Positions 18,244-28,478 of a stretch of DNA of 64,000 nucleotides are shown here, piece by piece. Position numbers and translations under genes: made by a program. Where the stretch lies: contig JACREQ010000032.1 in the NCBI GenBank assembly GCA_016218155.1, forward strand, positions 195,506-259,505, given 5' to 3'. Numbering within the stretch: position 1 is the stretch's first letter; each line of letters begins with the position of its first letter. The notes beneath the pieces were generated by a model. It worked only from the letters and a program-made list of their open reading frames with translations, did no database searches and was not told the DNA's origin. This stretch comes from Bacteroidia bacterium (GTDB lineage: Bacteria > Bacteroidota > Bacteroidia > Bacteroidales > GWA2-32-17).

Positions 18244-18987
18244 TTAATGAGTTAATAATAATTGAGTTAATATTACATTGAAAAGTAAAATAATGAGACT
18301 ACTGTATACAACAGCTTTTGTACTTGCTTTTCCAACTTCTAATGCACCACCAGAACAAAAGAAGCCTTCGTATGACGAAACTGATGTTATAATAAAAGCA
18401 AAAAATAGCGTTTTAATTAATGAGTATGTAACATAAAATGGTTCAAATGCATACTGAACACCATAAATGTAATTTTCACTTGATACTGCTCCTGATAATA
18501 CACCAGATAACCAACCACCAAAAATTCCAACGAAAATACTTATGATAGTAAGAAACGGATTAATAAAAACAGCAGCAATAATTTTAGGCAGAATTAGATG
18601 ATTTGCAGAATTTATTCCCATTACTTCCAATGCATCAATTTGTTCGGTAACTCTCATGGTACCAATCTCTGAAGCAATATTAGAACCTACCTTTCCGGCT
18701 AATATTAATCCGCATATTGTTGAAGAGAATTCCAGTATCATTGAATCTCTTGTGCCTAAACCAATCAAATAAAGTGGAATGAATGGATTTTCAATGTTAT
18801 AGGCAGTTTGAAGAGTAATAACTACACCCATGAAAAATGCAATTATTATTACTATTCCAAGTGAGTTTATACCAAGTGAATCTATTTCTCGTAATATCTG
18901 AGTAAAAAAAATACGGGACTTGGTCGGTCTCGAAAACACCTTTCCCATTAATTTAGTGTACCTTCCAAGATGAAAAAATAAATGCAT
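18244..18987 (-). CDS. mlaE: MlaE-family ABC transporter permease
   Basis: ~247-aa polytopic protein with MlaE-like motifs (RDSMILEFSSTI..., EIGTMRVTEQIDALEVMG). Confidence 0.75.
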   Translation of the reverse strand: MHLFFHLGRYTKLMGKVFSRPTKSRIFFTQILREIDSLGINSLGIVIIIAFFMGVVITLQTAYNIENPFIPLYLIGLGTRDSMILEFSSTICGLILAGKVGSNIASEIGTMRVTEQIDALEVMGINSANHLILPKIIAAVFINPFLTIISIFVGIFGGWLSGVLSGAVSSENYIYGVQYAFEPFYVTYSLIKTLFFAFIITSVSSYEGFFCSGGALEVGKASTKAVVYSSLIILLFNVILTQLLLTH

Positions 18988-19037
18988 TAATTAGTATATT
19001 TGATGGCTAAATTACAAAAATTTACTTCTAAATATTA

Positions 19038-19667
19038 ATGGGTACAGAAGAGAGTTTAAGTTTCCAGAAAAACTTAGCAAAATATATTGGTGAAAGTGCA
19101 GCAATTTTTATAGAAAGAGAAACTCGCGGACTTGTTTTTCATTTAAAAGTTACAAAAGCTAGAGAAACGAAATATGGTGATTACATGGAGTCTTTTGCTG
19201 GTAAAAAACAAAGAATTACAGTTAATGGCAACCTGGATATCTATTCTTTCTTGATAACATTATTACATGAGCTTGCTCATTTAAAAGCTTTTCAAGATTT
19301 TGGAAAAAAAATTAAACCTCATGGTATTGAATGGAAAAAAACATTTTCGAATTATTTGGTTTTGGCAATTCAGAATGAGTTATTTCCAAAACCAATAGCT
19401 GAAGCAATTCACTATTACTATGTAATTAGATATGATTATTCTTTAAATTCCAGAAGTAAGATTGTTGACAGAATTAATAATCATTTTAATATATCTATTC
19501 CAAAACGATTAGATGGAACTCCTATTAATTCTTGTGTGAGTTTAAAAATGGGTATGACGGTTAAAATTATTGAAAAAAGAAGATCAAGGTATTTGTGTAA
19601 AGATTTATCTAACAATAAAATGTATTTAATACATAAAGAAGCTGAAATTGAAGAAACAAATATTTGA
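19038..19667 (+). CDS. SprT-like zinc-metalloprotease-domain protein
   Basis: HExxH motif in LLHELAHL with the surrounding SprT-like context, at ~200 aa. Confidence 0.5.
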   Translation: MGTEESLSFQKNLAKYIGESAAIFIERETRGLVFHLKVTKARETKYGDYMESFAGKKQRITVNGNLDIYSFLITLLHELAHLKAFQDFGKKIKPHGIEWKKTFSNYLVLAIQNELFPKPIAEAIHYYYVIRYDYSLNSRSKIVDRINNHFNISIPKRLDGTPINSCVSLKMGMTVKIIEKRRSRYLCKDLSNNKMYLIHKEAEIEETNI

Positions 19668-19773
19668 AAGTGACTACTTCTAGTTCTCAGATTTTAAGAC
19701 TTATACTGCAATTGTTTATATCATTTCCTTTATCTTTTAATTAACATTGGTCGGTATTATTATTATATTTTCC

Positions 19774-19781
19774 TACTTTTG
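19774..19781 (+). promoter_or_regulatory. Candidate -7 promoter box (TACTTTTG)
   Basis: TAnnTTTG match 33 nt upstream of ATG 19814. Confidence 0.35.
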
Positions 19782-19813
19782 CCTACCATAAAAACAAGTT
19801 GATATATAATTAC

Positions 19814-20899
19814 ATGAATACTAATAATTTCTGTATAATTATGGCAGGTGGCATTGGAAGTAGATTCTGGCCATTAAGCCGAACTAATAAACCCAAGCAA
19901 TTTTTAGATATTTTAAATACTGGCAGAACATTTTTACAATCAACTTTTGATAGGTTTAAAGATATTTGCCCTGTTGAAAATATTTATATTGTTACTAACA
20001 AAGATTATAAGGATTTAGTTTTGGAACAACTTCCTGAGCTTACACAGGAACAGGTTTTATTAGAACCTCAAAGAAAGAATACTGCACCATGTATTGCATA
20101 TGCTAATTATACAATTTTAAAGCGCAATCCTAATGCAAATATTGTTGTTGCCCCGTCTGATCATTTAATAATAAATACTGAAGAGTTTAAAAGAACTATT
20201 TTAAAAGCTTTAGATTTTACAAATAAAAATGATGCATTACTAACTATTGGTATAAAACCTTTAAGACCTGAAACAGGGTATGGTTATATTCAGGTTAATA
20301 ATGAAGAGAAATATGATGATGGATTATTAAAGGTTAAAACTTTTACAGAAAAGCCAAACCTTCAGATGGCAAAAGTGTTTTGTGAAAGCGGGGAGTTTTT
20401 CTGGAATAGTGGAATATTTATCTGGAGCTTGAAATCAATAATGAGTGCATTTGAGGAACATCTTCATGAAGTAGATATTTTATTTAAAGAAGCACTTCAC
20501 CATTTTTCAACTTATAAGGAGGATTACGCAATTTCTTCAATATATTCCGAGTGCAAAAATATTTCGATTGATTATGGGGTAATGGAAAAAGCCAAAAATG
20601 TTTTTGTGATTTCTGCAGATTTTGGTTGGTCTGATCTTGGAACCTGGGGTTCGCTTTACGAGAATTTACCTAAAGATGAGAATCAAAATGTAATAAAAGG
20701 TAACGATACTGTTACTTATGATACAAAGAATTGCATAATTAATACTCCGGAAAATAAATTAGTCGTTATAAATGGATTATCAGGTTATATTTTAGTTGAT
20801 ACAAATGACACCTTGCTAATTTGTAAGAAAGAAGATGAGCAACATATCAGACAAATTGTTAATGATATTAAAATTCAAAAAGGAGATACTTTTATTTAA
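19814..20899 (+). CDS. manC: Mannose-1-phosphate guanylyltransferase
   Basis: N-terminal NTP-transferase motif IMAGGIGSRFWPLSR, then FLLEPQRKNTAPCIAYA, GYGYI and WSDLGTW. The track start 19799 is TTG, and I prefer ATG 19814. Confidence 0.75.
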   Translation: MNTNNFCIIMAGGIGSRFWPLSRTNKPKQFLDILNTGRTFLQSTFDRFKDICPVENIYIVTNKDYKDLVLEQLPELTQEQVLLEPQRKNTAPCIAYANYTILKRNPNANIVVAPSDHLIINTEEFKRTILKALDFTNKNDALLTIGIKPLRPETGYGYIQVNNEEKYDDGLLKVKTFTEKPNLQMAKVFCESGEFFWNSGIFIWSLKSIMSAFEEHLHEVDILFKEALHHFSTYKEDYAISSIYSECKNISIDYGVMEKAKNVFVISADFGWSDLGTWGSLYENLPKDENQNVIKGNDTVTYDTKNCIINTPENKLVVINGLSGYILVDTNDTLLICKKEDEQHIRQIVNDIKIQKGDTFI

Positions 20900-20919
20900 A
20901 AGTAGAAAATCTATAAAAT

Positions 20920-20947
20920 AAAAAAACCGCTGATAAGCGGTTTTTTT
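20920..20947. terminator. Bidirectional rho-independent terminator between convergent genes
   Basis: aaaaaaa-ccgc-tgataa-gcgg-ttttttt. The A-run/T-run symmetry would serve both strands. Confidence 0.75.
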
Positions 20948-20962
20948 ATTTTATTAATGCTA

Positions 20963-21847
20963 TTAATATTCCCACAAATCGTGTTCGAATTTGAAGATAA
21001 AATCTTTAATATTATCCGATTCTGTTAAAGCATCTAAACCATATTTAAATTCACCAATACGACGGTTGTCGTATACATTGGTTTCTTTAAAAATATAGCT
21101 ACTAAAACGACGTTTAAAAAAGATATCATCAAATGTACGACGTTCTGAATCAGTATTAGAATTGAAAACTTCATGGTTTGCTAATAAAGGACGTGCAGCT
21201 GGAAAATAAACCCAGAAAACTTGTTTCATTTCAAGATCTTTTTCTTCAGTTTCACCTTCAGTAGGAGCTGTTACTTCCTGATTAACAGTAGCAGTTCTTT
21301 CATACATTCTGATAGGACACATACCTACAATTCTTACTTCTAACATTGCTCTCTGTTTATCAAAGTACCAAACTTCTTTTAGTAATAACCTTGTAACTTC
21401 AGAAGTGTTTCTTTCAACTTTAAAAACTTTTTGCACTTGTTCTCCTGTTTCAGGATCATCAACATAAGCTGTGTCATTTTTTACACCAAACTTATCATCT
21501 AATTCTAAAGCAGTCATAGGAGTTGTGAATTCATCATCACCTGTATTATAAACTACAAGTCCTTCTGATTCAACCCCGTAAAGCAACAAGTCAATTAAAC
21601 TATATCTATCATCCATTTTTTGAGTGGGATAATAAATAGGATGATTAATTTTTTCACGTAGATCCAACATTCTCCATATTTTTTTAGACCACATCATATC
21701 TGCTTCACGCAAATGATGATAAGGAACCGGTTTACGGGCAGGAACATGTTCCTTTACATAAACACCGTCTAATACATCGCTTACTTGTGCTTTAGCAAAA
21801 GGAACGATAAAAACGGCAATTGTCAGAACTAAAATAATCTTTTTCAT
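20963..21847 (-). CDS. gldN: T9SS/gliding protein GldN (PorN family)
   Basis: Signal peptide, GldN-like sequence (...WSKKIWRMLDLREKINHPIYYP...) and position directly after gldM. Confidence 0.8.
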   Translation of the reverse strand: MKKIILVLTIAVFIVPFAKAQVSDVLDGVYVKEHVPARKPVPYHHLREADMMWSKKIWRMLDLREKINHPIYYPTQKMDDRYSLIDLLLYGVESEGLVVYNTGDDEFTTPMTALELDDKFGVKNDTAYVDDPETGEQVQKVFKVERNTSEVTRLLLKEVWYFDKQRAMLEVRIVGMCPIRMYERTATVNQEVTAPTEGETEEKDLEMKQVFWVYFPAARPLLANHEVFNSNTDSERRTFDDIFFKRRFSSYIFKETNVYDNRRIGEFKYGLDALTESDNIKDFIFKFEHDLWEY

Positions 21848-21864
21848 AACCTTTAATTATTAGG

Positions 21865-23535
21865 TTAATTTAATTTAAATGAAATTGTACCAATATCACT
21901 TACAGTACCATCTGGTCCTTTAGCTTTTACATTTTCAATATAAACTTTTTTACCCTTTGGTACTTTGTTAATTAAGTCAATTTGCTGAGGTGTAAATCTA
22001 CCACCATTTGATGGAGCATCCTGAGTAAAACCTCCAATACTTGCTGAAACGTTGAAACTTACAACAGAGAATTTTAATTCAAAGTCAAAGTTTTCAAGTG
22101 TTGCAGCAGGACCAGCTTGTGCAGATAATAATCCTTTACTAATTGTACCGCCTTTTTGACCACCACAAGTAGGAACTGGAGAAGGTACTCTTTTAATACG
22201 GAACTCTTTTGATCCCATTGATTTAGAGCCACCTTTATCATCTTTTGCAGATACTGAAATATTGCATTTTCCTACTTTTGTAACTCTGGCAACCCAACCT
22301 TTTCCGGATTTAACTAATGAACCACCTGAACAGTTTGCAGAAATTTGGTCATCTCTGAAACCTGGAACAGATATTTCAATAGGATTGTCAACACCAATAT
22401 ATAAAACATTCATTTTAGTAGGAGATACAACTGCCATAGGAGGTGCAACATTATACTCGATACCATATTTTCCACCTGATTTTACAGGATAACTTGTCAT
22501 TACACCGGTTGTTGCATTAAAAACTCTGATTAATGCTGAATAAGTATGACTTCCACCACCGGCGTTTGGTACTATATATTTACCAATTCCATCTTTAAAA
22601 TTAATAGTTTGAGATGGATTAATAATTTCATTTTTAACTGAATCATATGCTTCACCAATAACAACCTGAGAAGTTGTATCAGTAGAACTATATGCAGCAA
22701 TAAATAATTCTGCTTCATAAGAGTCACCTTGAATTATGTAATTACTTTTAGGAATTACACGTGGTGCTACAACGTCAAATTTAATATCCTCAGAACCAAT
22801 ACCACCTAATAGTGTTTGAATTACTGTTGCTTCAGCATTTTTAACCTGATTTTGAATCTGAGTTAAAAGAGTTAAAGTTGCAGCACAAGGGATTTCGGCA
22901 AATAATTTAGTTTCCCAATATTTTTCATCTGGTTTGTCAGGATCAAAGTTCTTATCATCATCAGTATTAATACCTAATTCACCTAACTTTTTAATTACAG
23001 TATCCTTTTTATTAAGAATAATTTTAGGATCTCTTAATAAATCCAAAGCTTTCTTTTTAAAGTCAATTAATTTATTTTTAAGATTTCTGGCTTCGCCTTG
23101 AGAACCGTCACCAGCTTCACCTAACATAAATAAATGAGGAATATCACGATTATCTTTTGCTTCAAATTTCATCATGTCTTCCTCTCTAATAGCAGCTTCA
23201 GCATCAGTTGCACCGTCAGCTTTTTTGATAATCTGAATTTTCAAATCTTTGATATAAGCATCAAGTTCATTTGAAAGTTTTTTTACATTTTCTGCTGCAT
23301 CGTAGTATGGAGTTACTTTTTTAGGATCGTTACCTTTTGCAAAAGCTAATGATTGATAAGTAAATCCATTTCGTTGTGTAAAATTGACGTTTGTTTGCTG
23401 AAGTCCTTTATTTACAACAACGAAGGCATTAAGTATTTCTTTTGAAACGTTCAATGCAAGCATCGCCGTTAAAAAGAGATACATCATTCCGATCATTTTC
23501 TGCCTCGGGGTTTCGGGACAATTGGTTGCACCCAT
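21865..23535 (-). CDS. gldM: T9SS/gliding protein GldM (PorM family)
   Basis: Canonical N-terminus ...ETPRQKMIGMMYLFLTAMLALNVSKEILNAF with a single TM helix. A long periplasmic Ig-like region follows. Confidence 0.9.
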   Translation of the reverse strand: MGATNCPETPRQKMIGMMYLFLTAMLALNVSKEILNAFVVVNKGLQQTNVNFTQRNGFTYQSLAFAKGNDPKKVTPYYDAAENVKKLSNELDAYIKDLKIQIIKKADGATDAEAAIREEDMMKFEAKDNRDIPHLFMLGEAGDGSQGEARNLKNKLIDFKKKALDLLRDPKIILNKKDTVIKKLGELGINTDDDKNFDPDKPDEKYWETKLFAEIPCAATLTLLTQIQNQVKNAEATVIQTLLGGIGSEDIKFDVVAPRVIPKSNYIIQGDSYEAELFIAAYSSTDTTSQVVIGEAYDSVKNEIINPSQTINFKDGIGKYIVPNAGGGSHTYSALIRVFNATTGVMTSYPVKSGGKYGIEYNVAPPMAVVSPTKMNVLYIGVDNPIEISVPGFRDDQISANCSGGSLVKSGKGWVARVTKVGKCNISVSAKDDKGGSKSMGSKEFRIKRVPSPVPTCGGQKGGTISKGLLSAQAGPAATLENFDFELKFSVVSFNVSASIGGFTQDAPSNGGRFTPQQIDLINKVPKGKKVYIENVKAKGPDGTVSDIGTISFKLN

Positions 23536-23581
23536 ATTCTAATATTCTTTTTATATCAATTACAACTCTGTTTTGAAAAAA

Positions 23582-24580
23582 TTATTTTGAAAAATTCATA
23601 GCAGAAAGCATATTGCCATAAATTGTATTCATTGCTGTTAGGTTTTGTCCTAACTTAGAGATTTCCTCACGATATTTTTTAACATCGCCGGCAGACTCTT
23701 TCATATTTACCATAATTTCTTCCATACCGCTAAATAATGTTTTTGCGGATTCTAGATGTTCGTTTGTACCTTGAAGTTGTAGTTCATATACTGAATTTAA
23801 TGCAGTTAAGTTTTTAGACATAAGGTGAAGTTGTTCTGCATAACCTTTTGAACCAGTTTTTGTGTTTTCAAATTCTGCATTCATTGCTTCAGCCAATCTT
23901 CCATAAGATTCTGATAATTTTTGACCTGATTCAGTAACCATCACAGCTACTTTTGTTCCGCTTTGTGACATAGTATCAGCAAATGTTCCAACTGATCCGG
24001 CTACAATTTCAGCAGATTTTTCATATGATTTAGCTAGTCCGCTTGCTGAATTATTTAATTCCTGTGCTGATTTACCATATAAATCAGCAAATTCATTTAC
24101 TTTATTTGAAGCTTTTTCAAAACTTGCAACATAGTTATTTGTTGCAACAGAAGCCTCAGAAACATCTGAAAGTTTTTCAGTAGTTTCATTTAAAGAACGT
24201 AAACCATTGCCTAATTTTTCAAAAAGCTCAGGTGTTATTTCTGCATTATTAATTAATGCATCAAATTTTTCAAGAGCGGTTTTCTTTGTATCAATTTCTT
24301 TTTTCTTTACATCATGGTCTTCAATTTCGTCATGCATACCTGCTAATTCTGGATAAGCTAAACTCCAATCCCATTCTTGGTGAAGGGGCTCAAAAGCAGA
24401 TGTGAAAAAGATAAATGCTTCCACAGAAAGACCAATTACAAGCATAATACCTGAACCAGGCCAGTGCATAATTTTAAACATAGCACCTACGAGCACTACT
24501 GCTGCTCCAATGCCATATACTTTTGACATGAAGTTTTTCCAACCTCTAGTTTGAACAAGTTCGCCAAAATTAAATCCCAT
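23582..24580 (-). CDS. gldL: T9SS/gliding protein GldL (PorL family)
   Basis: Two N-terminal TM helices (YGIGAAVVLVGAMFKIMHWPG, MLVIGLSVEAFIFF) followed by a long helical cytoplasmic tail. At 332 aa it is nearer PorL size. Confidence 0.85.
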   Translation of the reverse strand: MGFNFGELVQTRGWKNFMSKVYGIGAAVVLVGAMFKIMHWPGSGIMLVIGLSVEAFIFFTSAFEPLHQEWDWSLAYPELAGMHDEIEDHDVKKKEIDTKKTALEKFDALINNAEITPELFEKLGNGLRSLNETTEKLSDVSEASVATNNYVASFEKASNKVNEFADLYGKSAQELNNSASGLAKSYEKSAEIVAGSVGTFADTMSQSGTKVAVMVTESGQKLSESYGRLAEAMNAEFENTKTGSKGYAEQLHLMSKNLTALNSVYELQLQGTNEHLESAKTLFSGMEEIMVNMKESAGDVKKYREEISKLGQNLTAMNTIYGNMLSAMNFSK

Positions 24581-24641
24581 TGTGTTAAAGTTTTTAAAGT
24601 TTAGACAATAATTAATTATTTATTTTACAGCCAATAATGAA

Positions 24642-26051
24642 TTAATATACTTGTGATCCTGAACCACCATCGCTAAAGTCGCGTCCTAAGTACTGACGTA
24701 CGCAACGGAAACCGATATATGATTTTGCAGAATCCTGATATTCAAATGAACGTGTACCACATTGCATATAATATGAAATATCTTTCCATGATCCACCACG
24801 AATAATTTTACGTTTACGTACTGGTGGGTCATCAGGTAAAGCTTCATATTGATAATCTGGGTTTAAATCATCTGTCCAACTATATGCAGATTCATCAAAT
24901 GCATTATTTGTCCATTCTGATACATTCCCTCCCATATCATATAAACCCCATTCGTTAGGATCGTTACTAGCAACAACTAATGGATATATTCCACCATCAG
25001 CTGTGTAATTACCACGCATAGGTTTAAAGTTTGCAATATAACAACCTTTATAATTTTGAGTATAGTAACCTCCCCAAGGATACATTGAACCTTTTAGCCC
25101 ACCTCTTGATGCATATTCCCATTCTGATTCTGTAGGAAGTCTGTAATCCTGAACAAAAGTTTCACCCATTGATTCAAGGAAGTAGCTATTTAATAATTGT
25201 GTTCTCCATACACAGAAAGCACGTGCCTGTCTCCATGAAACACCAACAACAGGGTAATTATCAAAAGCAGGATGCCAGAAATAACTTGCCATTGGTTCGT
25301 TAAATGAATATGTAAAGTCACTAATCCAGCAAAGTGTATCAGGATAAATATTTACAACATCACGAACAATATATGATGAACGATCTTTTACTGCAATTCT
25401 CTGACCTTTGGTAGCACTTTTATAATTATAGTCAGTAACTTCACCATCATATTTGTTTTCGTCTGCATTCCAAGCACGGCGTGCTTCATTATTGAAATCA
25501 TATTTTTTTGCAGCCTGTCTTAAGTCTAGCCAGAAATACTCGAAATTTAACTTTCTTGTATCTAACTCCTTACGGCGATAGAAACGTTCATGTTCAGGTA
25601 AGAACATTTCGTTAAGAATTTCTCTTTGTTCAGGATCATTCCATTTAATTTGTTCTTCCCAATTAATAAATGGAGGATTTACTTCTTCACCAAAATCATT
25701 TTCAGTTCTTAGAAACTGTTCTAATTGCGCACCAAGTAGCTTTGAAGCTATGGAGTCGCGAACCCAGTTCACAAACTGACGATATTCGTTGTTTGTAATT
25801 TCTGTTTCGTCCATCCAAAATGGAGCAATAGAAACTGTTTTGGTTTCAGCAGTCATAGCCCATGGAACATCCTGATCATCAGGACCCATATTGTAACTAC
25901 CTGCTTGGCAGAAAAGCATACCATAAGGTTGCGGTTCAAACCATGCCTCGCGATTGGGAACTCCTACTAATTCGCCGTTACCGGTATTAGAGCAGCTGTT
26001 TAGACCAACTATTGCAAGGAAAAGAAACAAAATTAACACTAAAGTTTTCAT
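24642..26051 (-). CDS. gldK: T9SS/gliding lipoprotein GldK (PorK family, FGE-sulfatase fold)
   Basis: Lipoprotein signal MKTLVLILFLFLAIVGLNSC, then motifs PVVGVSW, GGNVSEW, RGGSW and GFRCV. The track ORF extends to ATG 26087, but 26051 gives a normal signal peptide. Confidence 0.85.
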   Translation of the reverse strand: MKTLVLILFLFLAIVGLNSCSNTGNGELVGVPNREAWFEPQPYGMLFCQAGSYNMGPDDQDVPWAMTAETKTVSIAPFWMDETEITNNEYRQFVNWVRDSIASKLLGAQLEQFLRTENDFGEEVNPPFINWEEQIKWNDPEQREILNEMFLPEHERFYRRKELDTRKLNFEYFWLDLRQAAKKYDFNNEARRAWNADENKYDGEVTDYNYKSATKGQRIAVKDRSSYIVRDVVNIYPDTLCWISDFTYSFNEPMASYFWHPAFDNYPVVGVSWRQARAFCVWRTQLLNSYFLESMGETFVQDYRLPTESEWEYASRGGLKGSMYPWGGYYTQNYKGCYIANFKPMRGNYTADGGIYPLVVASNDPNEWGLYDMGGNVSEWTNNAFDESAYSWTDDLNPDYQYEALPDDPPVRKRKIIRGGSWKDISYYMQCGTRSFEYQDSAKSYIGFRCVRQYLGRDFSDGGSGSQVY

Positions 26052-26093
26052 AGGACATTTATTTATATGAGAACTTCCAATTTTCATTATTAA

Positions 26094-27041
26094 TTATAAA
26101 AATCTAACACTACGTGATGTACCTCTTGGACCAGCTTTCTTAAGATTAAAGCAATATTTTGCCATAAACTCAACAGAGCCACTTTCATATGATTTAAGTT
26201 TTGAGATCGTAAAATCATATGCTAAAGCAAAGGTTATATTTGATTGAGTTGTGAATCCTACCATTGCGACAATTGCATCACCAAATCTGTAAGAAATTCC
26301 ACCTCTGAATTGTTTGCGGTATTCTATCATAGCATTTAAATCATATTGATTTGTTTTACCATCTGATTTAATAAATGCAGAAGGAATTAAACCCCAGTTT
26401 TTATCTGGTAACTGAATAAAAGATCCAACTATAACATAATAATGTCTTGCAACGAAAGGCATTTTTCCTGCTTCATACTTCAAATCTGGTTGAGTTAAGT
26501 GAGTTGACGATATTCCACAATAAATTTTATCGCCTTTTGCTCTATAGAAAACTCCAAGATTTGCATCAAAAACGAATTTGTTTTCTGAATGAGGAATCAA
26601 AGGGTCTAGGTATGGATTTGTACCTGGGTTATTTAACTGATCAGGAGTTTTCCATTCTCCATCTAATGATTTATTTAAGAATCCAAAACCTAAACCTATT
26701 CCTAATGAGCCGTCGCCTATTTTTAATTTATAAGCATAATTCAGATTAAGAAATGTATTCTTCTCAAATCCAAGTTTATCACTCATTACATTTATTCCAA
26801 CTCCACTGCTAATGCTTGGAATTGACATGTCGCCACTAAATATCATCGTTTTAGGCGCTCCGTCAAAACCCATCCATTGTTGACGATAAAGTAATGAAGC
26901 ACAAATAGCTTCATTACTACCAGCAAATCCAGGATTAACTGGTAAAATATTGTATTTATTTAAACTTAATTGAGGATCTTGCTGTGCTAACAGGCTAAAA
27001 CCCACAAAAACTAAGATAAAAAGAGAAATTAATTTCCTCAT
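26094..27041 (-). CDS. porP: PorP/SprF-family T9SS outer-membrane protein
   Basis: Signal peptide MRKLISLFILVFVGFSLLAQ, then QDPQLSLNKYNILPVNPGFAG, the PorP/SprF hallmark. The beta-barrel-like C-terminus ends ...VRFL. The track start 27083 is also possible. Confidence 0.8.
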   Translation of the reverse strand: MRKLISLFILVFVGFSLLAQQDPQLSLNKYNILPVNPGFAGSNEAICASLLYRQQWMGFDGAPKTMIFSGDMSIPSISSGVGINVMSDKLGFEKNTFLNLNYAYKLKIGDGSLGIGLGFGFLNKSLDGEWKTPDQLNNPGTNPYLDPLIPHSENKFVFDANLGVFYRAKGDKIYCGISSTHLTQPDLKYEAGKMPFVARHYYVIVGSFIQLPDKNWGLIPSAFIKSDGKTNQYDLNAMIEYRKQFRGGISYRFGDAIVAMVGFTTQSNITFALAYDFTISKLKSYESGSVEFMAKYCFNLKKAGPRGTSRSVRFL

Positions 27042-27335
27042 ATTCAAATATTTACTTCTCGGTTTGTTATGTTTAAACATCACTTTATCACTTGGTAAAG
27101 TAAATAAAAATATTCTTTACATCCAAATATTACCAACACTTTTCGGTTAATAACTCTCTAAAATTTTCAACTTTGTACGATAAGACTTTAGAAAGGTTTT
27201 AATTTGTTGGCATTTATCTGATATTTTTTTTTATATTTTTATTTTACTTGTTGATATTATTTTTTTAGAACTTTAATATATTTTCAGAATTATTAACGAT
27301 GGATTGTTTTAAATTGTTGTGTTATGTATTGTTTT

Positions 27336-28472
27336 TCAACATATTTTTTGAAAATATTTCCACCATCTGTCAGGAACTTCACCATTACAAGCTTTGTTAT
27401 AGTCTGAATAAGAGCATGATATTATTAAGCTTTTTGAAAAACCAGATTTAGGATATGGTACTTCCATCCACCATCTTTCGGTTTTAGAACTTTTAAAAAA
27501 TGTAATTGAGGTATCTTTTCCAACTTCAACATGAAATTTTAATAGTGATTTGACTTTTTTTGAAGGAGATTCATGTATTCTTTGTGAAAATCCTTCTAAA
27601 AAATACCATATTGCCTGTGCTGCAAGCATTGCTTCATTATTATTATTACTTAACCCATATATTCCAAATGAAGAAGTTCTATCACCTGAACCTGCATATC
27701 TGGATAACTGACATACTTCACGACCATCTAAACCGTTGGGTGAATTAATATTTTCTTTATAGTTATAATAACCTTGAATAGAATTTAAGTGCAAAGCAAA
27801 AATATCTGCATCTCTTATTAATGGCTCAATCTCAGAAATGTTTGATTTTACAATTCCTAATCTGATAGTATCAAAGTATAATTTGTTAAGAGTATTAATA
27901 TCTTCAGGAGAAACAAAGTAGGATTGATACCCTATTAATGAAAAATTAAACAGACAATTGTTATTTCTCATAACAATTTTAGGCAGATAATGTGTTTCCT
28001 GATCTTTAGTTTCTTTTTGTTTTAACGAAATTGCAGAATCGATTGAAACAATGTTCACAGGATTTTTTGTTTCCTCAAAAGACAAATAATTAGCAAAAGG
28101 TAGATTATTGTTATCACCAATAATAATGGATGTTATCTTTTTTGTATGTAGATAACTTATAACTTCCCTAACACCATAAATAATATCATTTTTAGTTTTC
28201 CCTATTTTTAGATTTCCTAAGTCAGCTGCACTTATATTATAAGGTGTGAAAAATGAATATAAAAATTTTCTGATCAGATTGCTTGCATTTGATTCCTGAT
28301 TTTTATCTGACCAGACTCCAAAAATCGCAACTTTAGTTTTACCTAAATCAGATAAAGGTTTTTTAGTAGAATTAATTAATATTTTATTTTCAAATCTCGA
28401 TTTTTCGCTAAAACTTTCGTTAGTGATATTTGAGATATTTACAGGATTAAAAAAATCTTGTAGTTGATACAT
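27336..28472 (-). CDS. Arginase/formiminoglutamase-fold protein with unrecognisable metal-binding motifs
   Basis: The layout is colinear with ureohydrolases. VAIFGV comes first, then IIIGDNNN where GGDHS is expected. VSIDSAISL stands where DAHxD is expected. DADIFALHLNSIQG...SPNGLDGRE stands where S-D-D-DP...P-GL is expected. This assignment is by eye only. Confidence 0.4.
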   Translation of the reverse strand: MYQLQDFFNPVNISNITNESFSEKSRFENKILINSTKKPLSDLGKTKVAIFGVWSDKNQESNASNLIRKFLYSFFTPYNISAADLGNLKIGKTKNDIIYGVREVISYLHTKKITSIIIGDNNNLPFANYLSFEETKNPVNIVSIDSAISLKQKETKDQETHYLPKIVMRNNNCLFNFSLIGYQSYFVSPEDINTLNKLYFDTIRLGIVKSNISEIEPLIRDADIFALHLNSIQGYYNYKENINSPNGLDGREVCQLSRYAGSGDRTSSFGIYGLSNNNNEAMLAAQAIWYFLEGFSQRIHESPSKKVKSLLKFHVEVGKDTSITFFKSSKTERWWMEVPYPKSGFSKSLIISCSYSDYNKACNGEVPDRWWKYFQKIC

Positions 28473-28478
28473 TATTTT

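Noticed and set aside
2125-19813. The track's TTG-initiated N-terminal extensions (2125, 16762, 19799) and the longer ATG extensions (26087, 27083, 38091, 38960).
   Set aside because: Downstream ATGs give the family-typical N-termini or proper signal peptides ([63 protein letters not shown]). The extensions add atypical residues.
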